Positions 26,603-39,700 of a stretch of 64,000 nucleotides of DNA are shown here, in pieces. The stretch's first letter is position 1; each line of letters begins with the position of its first letter. The notes beneath the pieces are model-generated. The model did no database searches. It saw only the letters and a list, made by a program, of their open reading frames with translations, and had not been told where the DNA came from. The DNA is from Monocercomonoides exilis PA203. Lineage: Eukaryota; Protista; Preaxostyla. The DNA lies in contig LSRY02000007.1 in NCBI GenBank assembly GCA_001643675.2, positions 1,240,001 to 1,304,000 on the forward strand. The letters are read 5' to 3'. Position numbers and translations under genes: made by a program.

Positions 26603-29600
26603 AGGATGAAGCAAAGAATAAGCAGAAGAAGAAGGAGATGAAGGAGAAGAGAACTTGGAAGAATGAGAAAAGGCAGGAGAAGAAGAAAGTTTGGAGTCAG
26701 ATGAAGATGAAGAAACAGAAGCAGAAGCAGAAATAGGAACGAGACTTGGCTGTGGATGAGTAGAAGAGGAAAAAGAAGAAGAAGAAGAAGCAGAAGAAGA
26801 AGAAGCAGAAGAAGAAGAAACAGAAGAAATCGATTCTTGTTTATGCTTTATTTCTTCATTCATTGACTCCAATGAAGAAATAATGTCTTCGCTGTTGATA
26901 ACTTCTCTTCCTGTTGGGATTCTGTTGTCAGCTTCCAAAACTTCTGGTTTTTCTTCTCTAAATTCTTCTTTTCTTTTTCTTTCTCCTTCTTCTCTTTCTC
27001 TTTCTCCTTCTTCTCTTTCTCTTTCTCTTATTCCTTCTTCTTCAACTTTTTCTTCTTCTCTTCCTTCTTCTTCTCCTTCTCCTTTTATTTTTTCTTCCAC
27101 TTCTGATAATCTTTTAGCTTCCACCATATTCCCATCAATTTCTTTGTTTTCTCCCATTCTTTCTCTCTTCTTCCTCTTCTCTTCTCTTTCTTTCTCTCTC
27201 TTCTTCCTCTCTTTCTCTTTCTTTTCTTTCTTTTCTTTCTCCTTCTTCTCCTTCTTCTCCTTCTTCTCCTCCTCATTAATCTCATCCAGCACTTCTTCTG
27301 TTAGTTCTTCCATTTCTCTATCACTTAAACCTTTCCACACGTTTCCTTCTCTTCCTTCTCTTCCTTCTCTCCCTTCCCTCCCTTCTTCCTCTCTTAGATT
27401 CGCATATGTTGCTTGGAGCCCCTCCATTAGCTGTGCATATATTGGCACTGACAGGATATGCTCAAATAAGGTGTAGATTGGATGGCGGGGGAAAGAGGGA
27501 GAAGAAGAGGAAGAAGAAGAAGAAATGATGCTATTACCATCTTCAATACATTCATCTCCTTCTTTTTCATCGTCTTCTTCTTCTTCTTCTTCTTTCTCGT
27601 CTAATTTCTTCTCTTTGTTTCCATTAACACCTAAATCTTTTTCATTTGTTTCTTCGCTCTGTGAAAGAGTCTTCTTCAAATCTGATTTCAAATTTGACTC
27701 AAATTTTGTATTCGAATCAGAATTCATTTGAGAAAAAGGAGATTTTGAAGAAGAATTTAAAGAAGAAGAAAGAGAAGAAGAAGAAGATGATGATGATGAT
27801 GATGAAGCCGAACCATCAGCAGAAGAAAAAACAAATGAGGAATCAAAAGAGTCAGATATTGATGATGATGCTGCTGACGAAGAAGCAGAAGAAGCAGTAA
27901 TTGAAGAAGAAACAGAAGAAGAAACAGAATCAGAAGAAGACAATGAATTTCCAAAGATATCTCCATTATTATTCCCCTTGTAATTTTCCTTCAATTTTTT
28001 ATCCTTCATCATCTCCTCTTTGATCTTCATTCGAAAAGCAACTTTAGCAGCTGGCTTTATCAACGAATTCACAGCCACTTCTTGCATTTCTTCTGTCTTC
28101 ACCACAACCGCTGAGAGAGAAGAAAGAGCTTCCATGAGACAAGAGGTAACAAGAGTATCTTTGCCGTTCTGCTCGGCAAGGGCATACAGGAGAAGGAGGA
28201 TGTGGTTGAGGGAGAAGGAAGAGGAGGAGGAGGAAGAGGAAGAGGAGTAGGATTTAGATTTTGATGGAATATTGGATGAGATGTTGGAGAAGGAAGAAAA
28301 AGAAGAGGAAGAAGAAGTTGTTGATGTTCGCATAATCATTGGTGGAATGCTGATGTTATCAGATTCAATAGCCATATTCTCTTTTTCACGTTCTTTTGCA
28401 TCTTTTTGTCCATTACGGTTTTCTTCTTCCTCCTCTTCCTCCATTTCTCTTTCCTCTTCTCTCTCTTTCTCTCTCTCTTCCTCTTCCTCTTCCTCCTCCT
28501 CTTCTTCCTTCCCTTTCTCCCTCCCTCTCTTCTCTTCTCCCTCCTCCTCCTTCCAATGCGATATCCTCGCCCACCACACATAATCCACACACCCTCTCAT
28601 CCATATCACCTTCCACAGCCTCGTCGCTGCAACCAGAAGCTGCCTATTCTTCTCCCTCTGCGAAGAGCATAGCAGCAGCAGTGTCAATGAATGCTCAGCT
28701 AAATCTGTTTCTTCCATAAACTTGCTCATTGCCTCTGTGTGTGTGTTCAGAAGATGGCAGGCTAGTTCACACAAGGAAGAGAGGCAAACGGTGATGTCTG
28801 AAGAGTTCAGATGCAATGAAGGGTATCTTGTGATTCCATTCATGTCATTGAATGTGTTGTTGTTGTTGAATACAACTGAGGCAGAAGAAGGGGAAATGGG
28901 CCTGCTATCGCTATCTCCTTCTCTTTCTCCTTCTCCTGATACCTTTAGCCCTCTTTCAGGTGGAGGTGGTGTGACGGTTGCATTGAAAGTTCCATTGAAT
29001 GAATTTGAAGAAGAAGATGAAGAAGAAGAAGATGACGATGATGTTAAAGTTGTGTTATCTGGCTGTGTTATGTGAAAAGAAGGAGGGGGAAGAGCAGAGG
29101 TTGAGAGAGGAATGATAGAGAAAGCAGGGTGAGGAGGAGGGGAGACAGGAGAAGGGAGCTGGGAAGAAGGCAAACTGAATGAATCAGAAGAACTGGATGA
29201 TTTGGAGAGCAATTGCTGGCTGGGGGAAGAGAGAGGGGGAGGAGGAGGAGGAAGAGGAGGAAGTTTCTTTTCAAAGAAAGAGGTGCATTCGGGGCAAGTT
29301 GTAAGGAAAGAGGAGAAAGCGACGATGGAGAGAGGGAAGTTGGAGAGAGAGAATGAAGAAGAGGAAGAAGAAGAAGAGGAGGAGGAGGAGGAGGAGGATG
29401 TGTTGGAGGTGAAAGAGGATGATGAAGTGGAAGAGGAAGAGGAAGAAGAAGAAGAAGAAGCAGAAAGAGAAAAGCAATTTTGTGATTTTGTATTGTTTTC
29501 TTCCTTATTATTATTATTACTATTATTATTACTATTATTTTTGTTATTCTCTGTCTTGCTATTGTCCAATGTCTTTGTTTGTTTCGATTGAATGCTTCTT

Positions 29601-32600
29601 TTGAGCATCTCCTTCAAATTCATCATCATCTTTCTCGGCTTTTTCTGTGCAGAATTCGTTTCAGTGATATTTCCCTCATTGTTATGAGGAGGAATTTCAT
29701 TGTCTGTTTCACTCATTTTGTTCCCTTTCTCGTCATTCACCTTGTCTGAAGAGTAGAAAACAAGGATTTCATCATCTTTCCCCTTTGAAAGGAAAGATGA
29801 AGAAGAAGAAGAAGATGATGATGATGAAAAAGAAGAGGAAAGAACAGCTTGATTCTGTTGAACAACCTCTTTGATGGTTGGGAGAGAAAGAAGAGGGGCG
29901 AAGACGATGTGTGCGAAGTGGGAGAAGAAGAGCTGGGAGGGAGTGACAGGGGAAGAGAGGATGCGAGAGAGGGAGGTGACGGAGGAAGGAGAGGAGATGG
30001 GGGAGGAGGTGGGATCGTAGTTGTTTGAAGAAGAAGAAGAAGAGGAAGAGGAAGAAAGTGATTCAGAATCTGAAGAAGAGGAGGAGGAAGAAGAAGGGGA
30101 AGAAATGGATGGTCTGACAAAAGCAGAGGAAAAGGGAGATTTAGGAGAAGTGAGGAGGATGAAGAGAGCATCGAAGAGTTGAAGTTGGATGGCGGGTGAT
30201 GGATCGAGAATGAGAGCGAAACAGAGTCTGTGCAAAAAGGGGTGGCTTAGATGCTGTTGGAAATGAGATATATATAGGAGAAATAAAAGATTTAATAAAT
30301 AAATAAACAAATAAAAATAAGATAAAATGGTTAATATGTAATGAATGAATGTGATAAGATGAAACAGGAATTTTGATATAAAAATGTTAGAATCAAGTTT
30401 ATTTTAAATAAAAAAAAAAAAAAAAATGTGAAGAAAAAATTAATATAAAAAACAGATTCATAATGAATAAAGATATGAAAGACTCTCTCTACGAAAAAAA
30501 GAAAATATATCATCATACCGCTTCACATAGCGATCTCTGAGCAATGAGCAATGGATCAAAAGATAGCAGTGTGAGTATCACATCAGTCGCTACCATCCTC
30601 ACAGCTAGTGATTCTGCTCTAACAGCCTCTATAGCCTTATTCAATGAAGAATCGAATAATTCTTCATATTCCTTTGATTTTTCTTTATCTTCTTTCTCTT
30701 CTAGATTTTCTTGATCTGCTTTCTCTATTTGTTCATTGTTTTCCGTGTTTTCCGTATCTTCCTTCTCACTCACATTCACCTTCTTCTTCTTCATCATCAT
30801 TTTCATTTCTTTTCTCTTCTCTTCTCTCTTCCTCTCTCTCTTCCTCTTCCCTTCCTCTGCCTCCTTCAAGCACAGCTCCACGTGTCTTTCCACATCTATG
30901 CCATCTCTGATGATTAGAGACAAACAAGATACAATTCGCTTTCTCGACAAGAGAGAAAGAAAGGAAGTAAGAAGACTTATGCTCATTCCTCGTGCCATCT
31001 GGCAGAGATCAAAGAGGAAACGGATGTGGTGATAGAGGAGGGAGGAGGGGGTGGATGAGATGGAAGAAGAGGAGGAAGAAGAGGAGGAGGAAGAAGAAGA
31101 AGATTTTGATGAAGAAGAAGAAGTTGTTGCTGTTGCTGCTGCTGTTGTTGATATAATTGAAGATGAAGCAGAAGAAGATGAAGAAGAAGAAGATGATGAT
31201 GATGATGATGATGAATCAGAAGAAGAAGTGGTCAAAGATTCATTTTTGTCTGTGGAATCAGTCTTAGCATCAGTTTGTGGTGATTCAACATCACCCTCTG
31301 GCTGCTTATAAGTGATGGTGATTGCTGGAAAGATAGAAAATTCCTCTTTTCCAGTGATGATATCATCACAAGAATCTGTATTAGAAGGAGGAGAAGAAGA
31401 AGAAGGAGAAGGAGAAGCAGAAGAAGATGAAGAAGGAGAAGCAGAGGAAGAAGTAGTTGTTGTTGTTGCTGTTGTTGATGAATCTGATGACGAAGGCAAC
31501 AGCGATGGAGGCACAAAGTCAAACTTCCCGCATTCCTTCATCTCCTTCATCTCCTCATCACTCATGTCTGCATATTTTGCTATCAGACTTCTCATTTCTG
31601 CTCTTTCTCTCTGTCTTCCATCCAACAGCCTGTGTATATGCTGCATCAGCTGCGGCACAACATGGCCATTCTTCTTCTTCTGTATTGAAGCTGTCCCATC
31701 TTCTAATCCGTTCTTATCTTTGTCTTTATCTCTATCTTTATCTTTGTTTTTCCCTCCTTTCTTCTTCTCTTTACCCTTTGTATCTGTTCCAGTGATCCAA
31801 AGAAGCACAGATTCGCAGTTGTCTCTGACAATATCGTTGAGAGTAGAGAAGACGCTATCGTCTAAATCACGTGGAAGAATGCTCTCTTTGAGATAGGTGA
31901 TGAGGAAGTTCATGTGAAGAGAGAGGGAGAGGGGGGAGGAGGAGGGAAGGAGATGGAGCTGTGATGAAGGGGAGAAAAAATAAAAGGAAGAAAGAAGAAA
32001 GGAGAAGGAAGAAGGAAGAAGGAAGAAGGAAGAAGGAAGAAGGAAGAAGGAAGAAGGAAGAAGGAAGAAGGAAGAAGGAAGAAGGAAGAAGGAAGAAGGA
32101 AGAACGAATGAGGTGAAGAGAAGATGTTGGAGTAGATGGTTATGAATGATTTTGAGGTGAAGTGGGAATTAAGAAGGAGAAATATTCGAGACAGAGAAGA
32201 AAACGAGGGAATAAGAAAATAAGTATTCAAATAAAACGGATAATGAAAATTGGAAAAATAAAAGTGTGATATAGAATTGAAAAAAATATAAAATGAAAAG
32301 AAAAAAATAAATTAAAAATGAAAAGTTTTATTTTCCAATCGAAAATTTTCATCTCACATACATCGTGAAATTTCACGTGATTCATCAGAAATTGTCTGTG
32401 GTTGATTCTTCTCTTGACATATGGATCGTTCTCCAGACAGCCAAAAAGTGCCATCACAACACCAAAGCAATCATTTTTCAGTGGATGCTTCTCTAAATTT
32501 TCTTCGCTTTTCTTGTCTTTCTTTCTTTTTGTGGGGCTTTCAGATGCATCTTTCTTCTCTGACGACGATTCTTCCTTTCCATTTGATTCTGCATTGAATT

Positions 32601-33601
32601 GATAAAATATTGGAAATAGAGGGTGAAAAAAAAAAGAGATATAAAAATAATTAGAAAAAGAAGAGAAAAATGAAAGAAGATAAAAAGTTGTATTGTCCAA
32701 CAATGACAAATCTCAAGATGCACAAACTTGAATTTGCTAAAGAAAACAAATGACGTATCAGTGCCCTGTCGTTGAATAACAAAATATCTCGTGCAATAGA
32801 AAAAAGTGCTTCGGCTTCAGTGAGATTTTCTATTTCGCTTTTTGCATTAAGTTCAGATGGAAAAGTTGAAATTTTTGAAGGCACTTCTTCCATAGGGATG
32901 GTTTCCTTTGCGTGATAAAGAAGAAATGACTCCAAGTAATTCTGAAAATATTTGAAAATTTCTAGAACATCGATTATTGTAACAAATTTGCATACATCAT
33001 GATTGAGTCGCTGAATGAGTTGAGATTTCAGAGCAGGTGAAACAATTGCTCGCTTAACCATTTGGAACAATGGTACGATGCTGTTTGATAATGCAGATGG
33101 AAGAACTTTTTTTGAAGTTAAATTGTGAATAAGCCATAACAACTCAATATTTTTGTATCATACCATTTGGGCTTGCAACTTGAACTTGTTTTATTAAATT
33201 CCTTAAGCACAAAATAAAAAACAAAATTTTCTCACAAATACGTTCTTGGCAAAAATTGAACAAAGCAAACCACATGATTTCTCTGCTTTCTTGAACTAAA
33301 AAACTCAAAGCATAATCATCTTCCAATTCTTCGTCTGTCCAAACAATAAGAGTATCTTTAATATTTCAAATTTATAAATTTACGAATAGTCACAAAAATT
33401 AATATGAGTTGCACCTCCTTCTTTTTGATATGCATCAGGAATTGGAGAAATTCGAGAAGTAAAAATTTGAGGGCGAGAATCATCTCTAACACCCTCAAAC
33501 TCAAAGTGGATGGCTCCACCACATATTTCTGACCATCCAGCACCACGGTCAATCCAGCTACCATCCACATCAAGCATGTAAAGCTTTGACCTCAGTTTCA
33601 T
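20327..33601 (-). CDS. PPP4R3: Serine/threonine protein phosphatase 4 regulatory subunit 3 (SMEK/Psy2 family), greatly expanded (~4,000 aa)
   Basis: Spliced N-terminal EVH1-like domain RSKLYMLDVDGSWIDRGAG...SRISPIPDAYQKEG|DTLIVWTDEELEDDYALSF. SMK-1 region FGCLENDP...HRQFL..VKFHD|...LHMNFLITYLKESILPRDLDDSVFSTLN. Phase-consistent introns at 31959-32361 and 30254-30518. The terminal exon is 30253-20327. Boundaries of several small 5' exons are approximate. Confidence 0.9.
20982..21065. repeat. Compound microsatellite (GAA)16(GAG)12 encoding a poly-Ser run in the PP4R3 tail
   Basis: Read directly from the sequence. Confidence 0.9.
32007..32104. repeat. Perfect heptanucleotide tandem repeat (GGAAGAA)14 inside PP4R3 intron 31959-32361
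   Basis: 98 nt, equal to 14 exact copies. Confidence 0.92.
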
Positions 33602-33812
33602 TCAACTTATTATCAAAATGTTCAACAAATAAAAGGTAACAATAAAAAACTCGTTATAAATATTCAGGTGCAAACAGGATCTTCTTGCTTTGGCCCTCAA
33701 AAACCAAGAAATAATTTTGATCAATAATAAATAATTTGAGTTTTTGATGAAGTGAACCATAACTGTATAGAAAAATCTTCAGAATTATTCAATTATAACA
33801 GCGATTGTTAAA

Positions 33813-34879
33813 ATGGAAAGTGAAGTAGAAGCATTGACAGTTTGCTCAGAACAACAAAAATTTGATGCCCTCAAGTGTCCAGAAATAAAGATCCCTTATT
33901 TACCATGTATGTCATTTTTCATTTTTTCGATCATGGTTTTACCATTGTTTCAGCACATGGTTATTCTTTAAATCCTTTTTCTTATCAAAACATTGAAGAT
34001 AGCTACAAAGAAACTGAAGTATCAGCTTCCCAAACAGTTCAAAGTGAAATAAACCCCTTACTGAAATCATATGTGGCATTTGATCCAATTTTTCATGATC
34101 TCCCTTGTAATCCAAGGCTTCTTCCTGTGATGGCTGCTTATATATCCGCATCCATGATTCAATACATAGGCCATGCCAAATATCAAGCGGTCGCTGATAT
34201 TCATCTGACATGTGAAATTAACAGAGCTCTTTATTTGCCTTTTCTAGGAAGACCACAAAGTGACATGGCTTTGCCTAATCAATGCTATCCATCCGAGACT
34301 CCAGCACTTTGCGTGAATAGACCGTTTTTTCATAGTCTTCGTTCAGTTATTGAGATTATTCTTGAAACTGCTAACAAAGCAATAAAGCTATCTGAAACTG
34401 ATCTTGTAATGATTCTTTGCCTTCTTGATAAATTGATGGTGCAAGTTCAAAAGCGTAGATTTTCTTTCACTTTGGATAATGCAACAATGATTGTTGTGGT
34501 TGCAATTATTCTAAACAATAAATTTGGCAGTGATCGGTTTCATAGAAATTCAACTTGGAGCAAAATGTTTAATATACCGCTGAGATACTTAAATCAGTCC
34601 GAACTTGTATTTCTTCAAGCCATTGACTACAAAGTTGATATTACATGGACGGCTAAGCATTTGTTTAAAGTTGCTGCCCAAACACAAAGTTACGCAGTTG
34701 CAAGTGATCCTGATGAAGAAAGTATGTCGTCTTTTTCCATAGAAAAATCTACTTCTCCGTCAATGGAATATCAAAGTTGCATTCCATATTTTGTGAACGA
34801 TGAACAAGATGAAAAAGAAGACAGATTCGATTTGTTTTTGACTTTTTTTGCAAATTACTCAGCTGAATTAGGGTTATGA
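33813..34879 (+). CDS. PHO80/Pcl (P/U-type) cyclin-domain protein
   Basis: Exons 33813-33906 and 33954-34879, joined by a phase-consistent GT-AG intron. Cyclin-box pattern LVMILCLLDKL...AIILNNKFGSDRFHRNSTWSKMFNIPLRYLNQSELVFLQAIDYKV. Confidence 0.8.
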
Positions 34880-34999
34880 TAGTGGCATCATTAAACTTTC
34901 TAATTTTATTGTTGTTATATAATTATCCTTCACATGAAATGTTACTTTATATTCTTAAAATTAAAATTGTTTAATGCTTCTACTGTTAATTATTGTGAA

Positions 35000-36400
35000 G
35001 GCTCCTATCCTATTATTTTTTTAACTTCTGTTGCGGTTGGCAATATTATTTGATATTATTCTTGCACTCTTTGATTGCTTGTATATTTTTATTTCGTTTG
35101 CGTTATAATTGTTTTTCTTTTGCATTTTTTTATATAGTTCCTTTGACGGTCTTTTCTTTCACAATATTCTTTGACTAAGTTTCTTTTATGTTCATTCTTT
35201 GTACTTTTGAATTTCGTCGTTCGTTTTCTTACTCAGATATGCCATTTCTTTTTTAACTCTTATTCCATTTGTTATATACTTATTCTTACTACTCTTTTTT
35301 GCTTTTCTTTTCTATATTTTTTTTTCTATATATTTGCGTGATTTAATTTTTTTTGACAAATCTAAATGTTTTGGTTTTTGTTGTTATAGGTATTGTTTTT
35401 AATGCTGTTGTTATATTTTTTTATTGTAAAAATTACTTGCTCAATTATTTAATGTTTTATTGAACTAAATGAATTTCGTTATTGGTTGCCTTGAGAAAAC
35501 GGAGTTATTTTTGCCTCTTTTATTAATATTTTATTTTTTCGATTTTTTTTTTTTCCCCTTTCTCTGATTATCTCTTTATCTTTTTATTTTTTTCCTTGTT
35601 TTTTATCTAATTTTCTCCTTGCGTATTTCTTGATATTTTATTTTTATGTTTATATTTCATTGCCAAAAGTAGGATTTCCGTTTTTCAAAGTTCGTGAAAA
35701 AGCTCTAAGTACTATTTATTAATCCGAAAATAATTAATATAAAAAGTCATTCATTGTAATGATGAGAAGTTTATCTTTTTGTTGTTTAAGTGCAGTTAAT
35801 TGTTATATCGTGTTGAATCATTGTTATTTTTATTTTTCTTATTCTTTTTTTTATAGGTTTTCGGCTTATTTACCAGGAACAAATATTTTTATGCTTTTTA
35901 TTTATTATTATTTTCCAGGAATTTTTGATTGCACTTATTTGTTATTTACGGCTTTTTTCAATTATCGTCATTGCTTGCCTTTGCCAAATTACAGATAAAT
36001 GTGATTTAAGTTGCTTTTCAAACTTCTTTTTTTCGTTAGTATTTTGCTCTTGCTCTTTTCTTTTCTTACATATCCAAGATACTGGGAAATGCTGCTGTAA
36101 TGTTATTTTGTTTAATTTTTTTGTTAAAGTGGATTGTTTTGATGTTTCGTGCTTGTTTTCAGTTTTATCCCCGATGTCCCTTTGAATGAAAGTAATTTTT
36201 TTAAATTTTTCTTCTTCAATTTATTGTGGTTTTATTTTATTGTTTTCTTAATTTTGAATAAAACTTTTATATTTATTACCAAATGGCTTTGATTTTGTTT
36301 GTGCTTTGGTTAACCACATTTTTCAAATGATCAATTTGCTCAAAGTATCTTCCATTTTTTGCCAAAGTGAGCATTTTCAAAGCTTTTTGTATTTAAAATA
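35000..36400 (-). pseudogene. Possible heavily decayed tyrosine-recombinase (DIRS-like) retroelement relic
   Basis: Strongly strand-biased (T-rich on +) stretch with no intact ORF. Across stops and frameshifts at about 35380-35530 the minus strand reads ILIKEAKITPFS/RQPITKFI...NITTALK/QY, which resembles the H-x-x-R to catalytic-Tyr region of tyrosine recombinases. By-eye similarity only. Confidence 0.3.
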
Positions 36401-36743
36401 AAATGAAAATTGAGTTAAAGTGGGATTCTTTTTTCTGTTTTGTATTAAAATAATTATTAACTTATTGAAACATCGAAAATATTTCTTAAATATTGAGAAA
36501 TATGAATGAAATAATTGGAGAGAAAATGTGAAATATTTCCATGTAATCTATCGATTTAAAATATTTTATATCGTTTGAATTAGAATAAAGCAAACAATAA
36601 ATCAATAATAATTATCTTTCTCATCGAAGATTTCACAAATGCCCGTAATAAATATATTGAAAACGACAAAGATTATTAAAATCGTGATTTTGCATTTATT
36701 ACGTTGAGTTGGCTTCCGTTCTCATTAAACATTATTTCACATA

Positions 36744-39700
36744 ATGAGCGCTTCATTTTTAGAACAAGAAATATTGAATAATCCATTTATTTTAGACATA
36801 CTAACAAGCAAATCCCTTTCATCTCATCTGAATGCTCTACCTCCAGAAAGCGTTATTTTTGTTCCACTTGCAACTTCTTTGCGTTATTGTTATTTTGATG
36901 AGAATTTTTTCAAAATGCACATTGGAATTCCCATCTGTGATTCAAAGAACATATATTCGACAATGGGAGGTCAAATTGTGACTTGTTCGCGCTTTCATAT
37001 TACACTTTCAGATAAGCCTGGACATTGTGGAAATAATTTGAATTCCACGCAAGAGGAAGTGCGTTTTATTTTTGATTGTGATCCGCTTTATATTTCGGAT
37101 ACAACCAAGCAAATAAAGATTTTGGCGTCTCCTTCGTTGCGGTCCAAATATAGAGGATCCAAAAATGTTACACATGAATCAGAGGCTTTCTGTATCACTT
37201 TGGTTGGAAGAGGCTTATTATCTTTATTCCAAAAAAATGATAATATTTTGGCAGAGCAAAAAGTTCAAAATGCGCCTCAAAATCAACGACTATTAAACAT
37301 TATTTTTACTGAGCTTCCATTAGTGCGCATTCCATTCAAAGAAGGGAAATCATTAAACCATATTGTTCAGGTAATACCATCAAAGTTATTTTCAAGTTAT
37401 GATCTTCGTTTTTATTCATCTTTAATTGTTGGAGAGCTCGGTTATTTGCTTCAGTTAAGCTCTGGATCGCAATATTGTTCTTCGGCATCATCCAAAGTAT
37501 CAAAAACGAGCAATAATTCGCATTCTTTGTGTGATGTGAATTCGTTGGTTGATTTATCAGGAATTAGATTCTCATTTTATTCTCCTCCATTTGAGAAAGT
37601 GATGCCCACAAAACTGATTAACCAATTCTTTGATAGTTGTAACGATATTCCAATTATATCCTTCTGTCCATTGGATGCTTCTATGAATTCTTTTTCTTCG
37701 ATTTTCATAAAACAGATAATTTCATCGTTGACGGGTCAAATTTTACGTTATGGAAAGTGCAAAGGATTTCAACTTAATACTTTTCAAGTGTTGAGTACCG
37801 TGAAGGGAAATGAAGCCGAAAACGAATTTGAGGGTGCAACCTCAGAGGAAAGAGCAAAAAAATCGAAAAAACAAAAACTTGACGTTTCATTGAAGAATGC
37901 AGAAATCCCAATTTATACAATAATACGGCTTCTTTCATATTCAGAAAAAGTATCATCTCTTTCTTTGCATACACTTTTAGAAGCAACACGCGCTGTACAA
38001 GCAAACAGAAATTCGAATTGTGGTGGATCCTTCGGAGTAGAATGCAATCATGATGTTGAAAAAGATGAAGAATCCAAAAGGAAAAAGAAAGAGAGAAATA
38101 CAGATGAGAAAATAGAAAAAGATGAGAAAAGAAAGGAGTACAAAGCAAATGGCAAATATTTACAAGTAAATGAGATTCATTGGAAATGGGAAGATGTTAG
38201 GAATGTTCTTCCATCGCCTCCTTGTCTTGCTTCATTCAAAGAAACCAAAATGGAAAATTCAAGAAACACAAGCAGCAGCTTCAGTGAATTAGACAACTTT
38301 GTTAATGATGACTCAAAACGAGTGTGTTGCGCAAATGGCTCAAATGAAACGAGCAAAGTGCAGTTGATGGGATGTGTTTGTGGATGCATTGAAAAATTGC
38401 CTTATCAACATTTTGAAAGACGAAAGAATGAAGTTGCAGCACAAGATGAGATAGATGCACTGAATTGGATTTTGAGATTTTTGGGAACACTTTATTTTTT
38501 CAGCGTTCCATCTTCTTCGGGGTCTCAAGAAGAAAAAGTTTTATCACAGACGGAAAAGCGGTCTATATTGAAAAGTGATACAGCCAAGAAAAAAACAGAC
38601 AAAACAGAAGTGAAACAAAAAAGATCAAAAAAGATCAAAAAAGAGATTCCAAAGCTTCTACAAAAGGAGATAAGTCGAACAGAATCACTTTTTAGTAACA
38701 TAAAACAGCTCCACGTGGCTTCACTTTTGGTTTGCTTGCATTCAAATGTGGTGCGCTCGATACAAAAAGAAAGAGGAGAAACAAAAGAAAGCGAAGTGAC
38801 AAATGTGAATATTGAGAATGATCCTTTGTGTAATACAAAAGAAGAAAGTTCTGTTTTTTTCGATTTTCCATCTGATTCTCCTTCTTCTTCTTCGTCATCG
38901 TCATCATCATCGTCTTTGTTTCATAATGCATTATCTCCTTCACTATCTTTTTTGAGTGACTTCACAAGCAAATCTTCATCGTTTACTGATTTTGCAGACA
39001 AAAGTGAAAGAGATGACATGAAACTTGAACAAACAACTGAACATGAATGCATTTCATCAGAATTTGATAAATTGAAGATTATGGATCATGCATATTCGGA
39101 TTCTTCCCTTCCTATTAGCAAAGACCAAGAATCATTTTTTCCTGATATGCAAAAACATCTTCCTCGATTCTCAGCTTTAGATTCATCTATTTGTATGAAA
39201 TTATCTTCTTCTTCGTGTTTTTCTTTGTCTCAAAAGTCTTCAACATCAGAATCAATTACTCATAAAAAAACTGTTGGTTTGAAACACATTTTCTTCAACT
39301 CTTCAGCAGGAATACTTTTTAGTGAATCAATATATTCTGCACAAAAACGAAAAAAGCAATCATTCATCCAAACGACTGCACCTTTAGACACTTCATCCTC
39401 ACTTCAATCAATCTCAAGTGCATCATCATTTCAAAATAGGAGTGCGTCACATCATTTTTATAATTCTTCTCTTCTTTCCCACACATTTGCATTTTATCCT
39501 TTCACTTCAGCAATCTGGAAGGAGCTTGCGACAATTGCTTCTTTATCTCATTGCTCTTCTTCATCATTTGCCAATCTTTGCTTTCACACTCACAGTTCTC
39601 TTGCTGCTCTTTCTCTTGTTCTTAGAACCATTCCTTCATCTCGAACAGCCTCTGCAAACATCATAAGTGAAAATAATGACAGAGTGATTGCATTTCTTTC

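Noticed and set aside
54-32230. Dozens of 60-370 aa poly-Leu, poly-Phe, poly-Lys, poly-Glu and poly-His ORFs on both strands
   Set aside because: They are alternative-frame or antisense readings of GAA/TTC-rich exons. These repeats lack stop codons in most frames.
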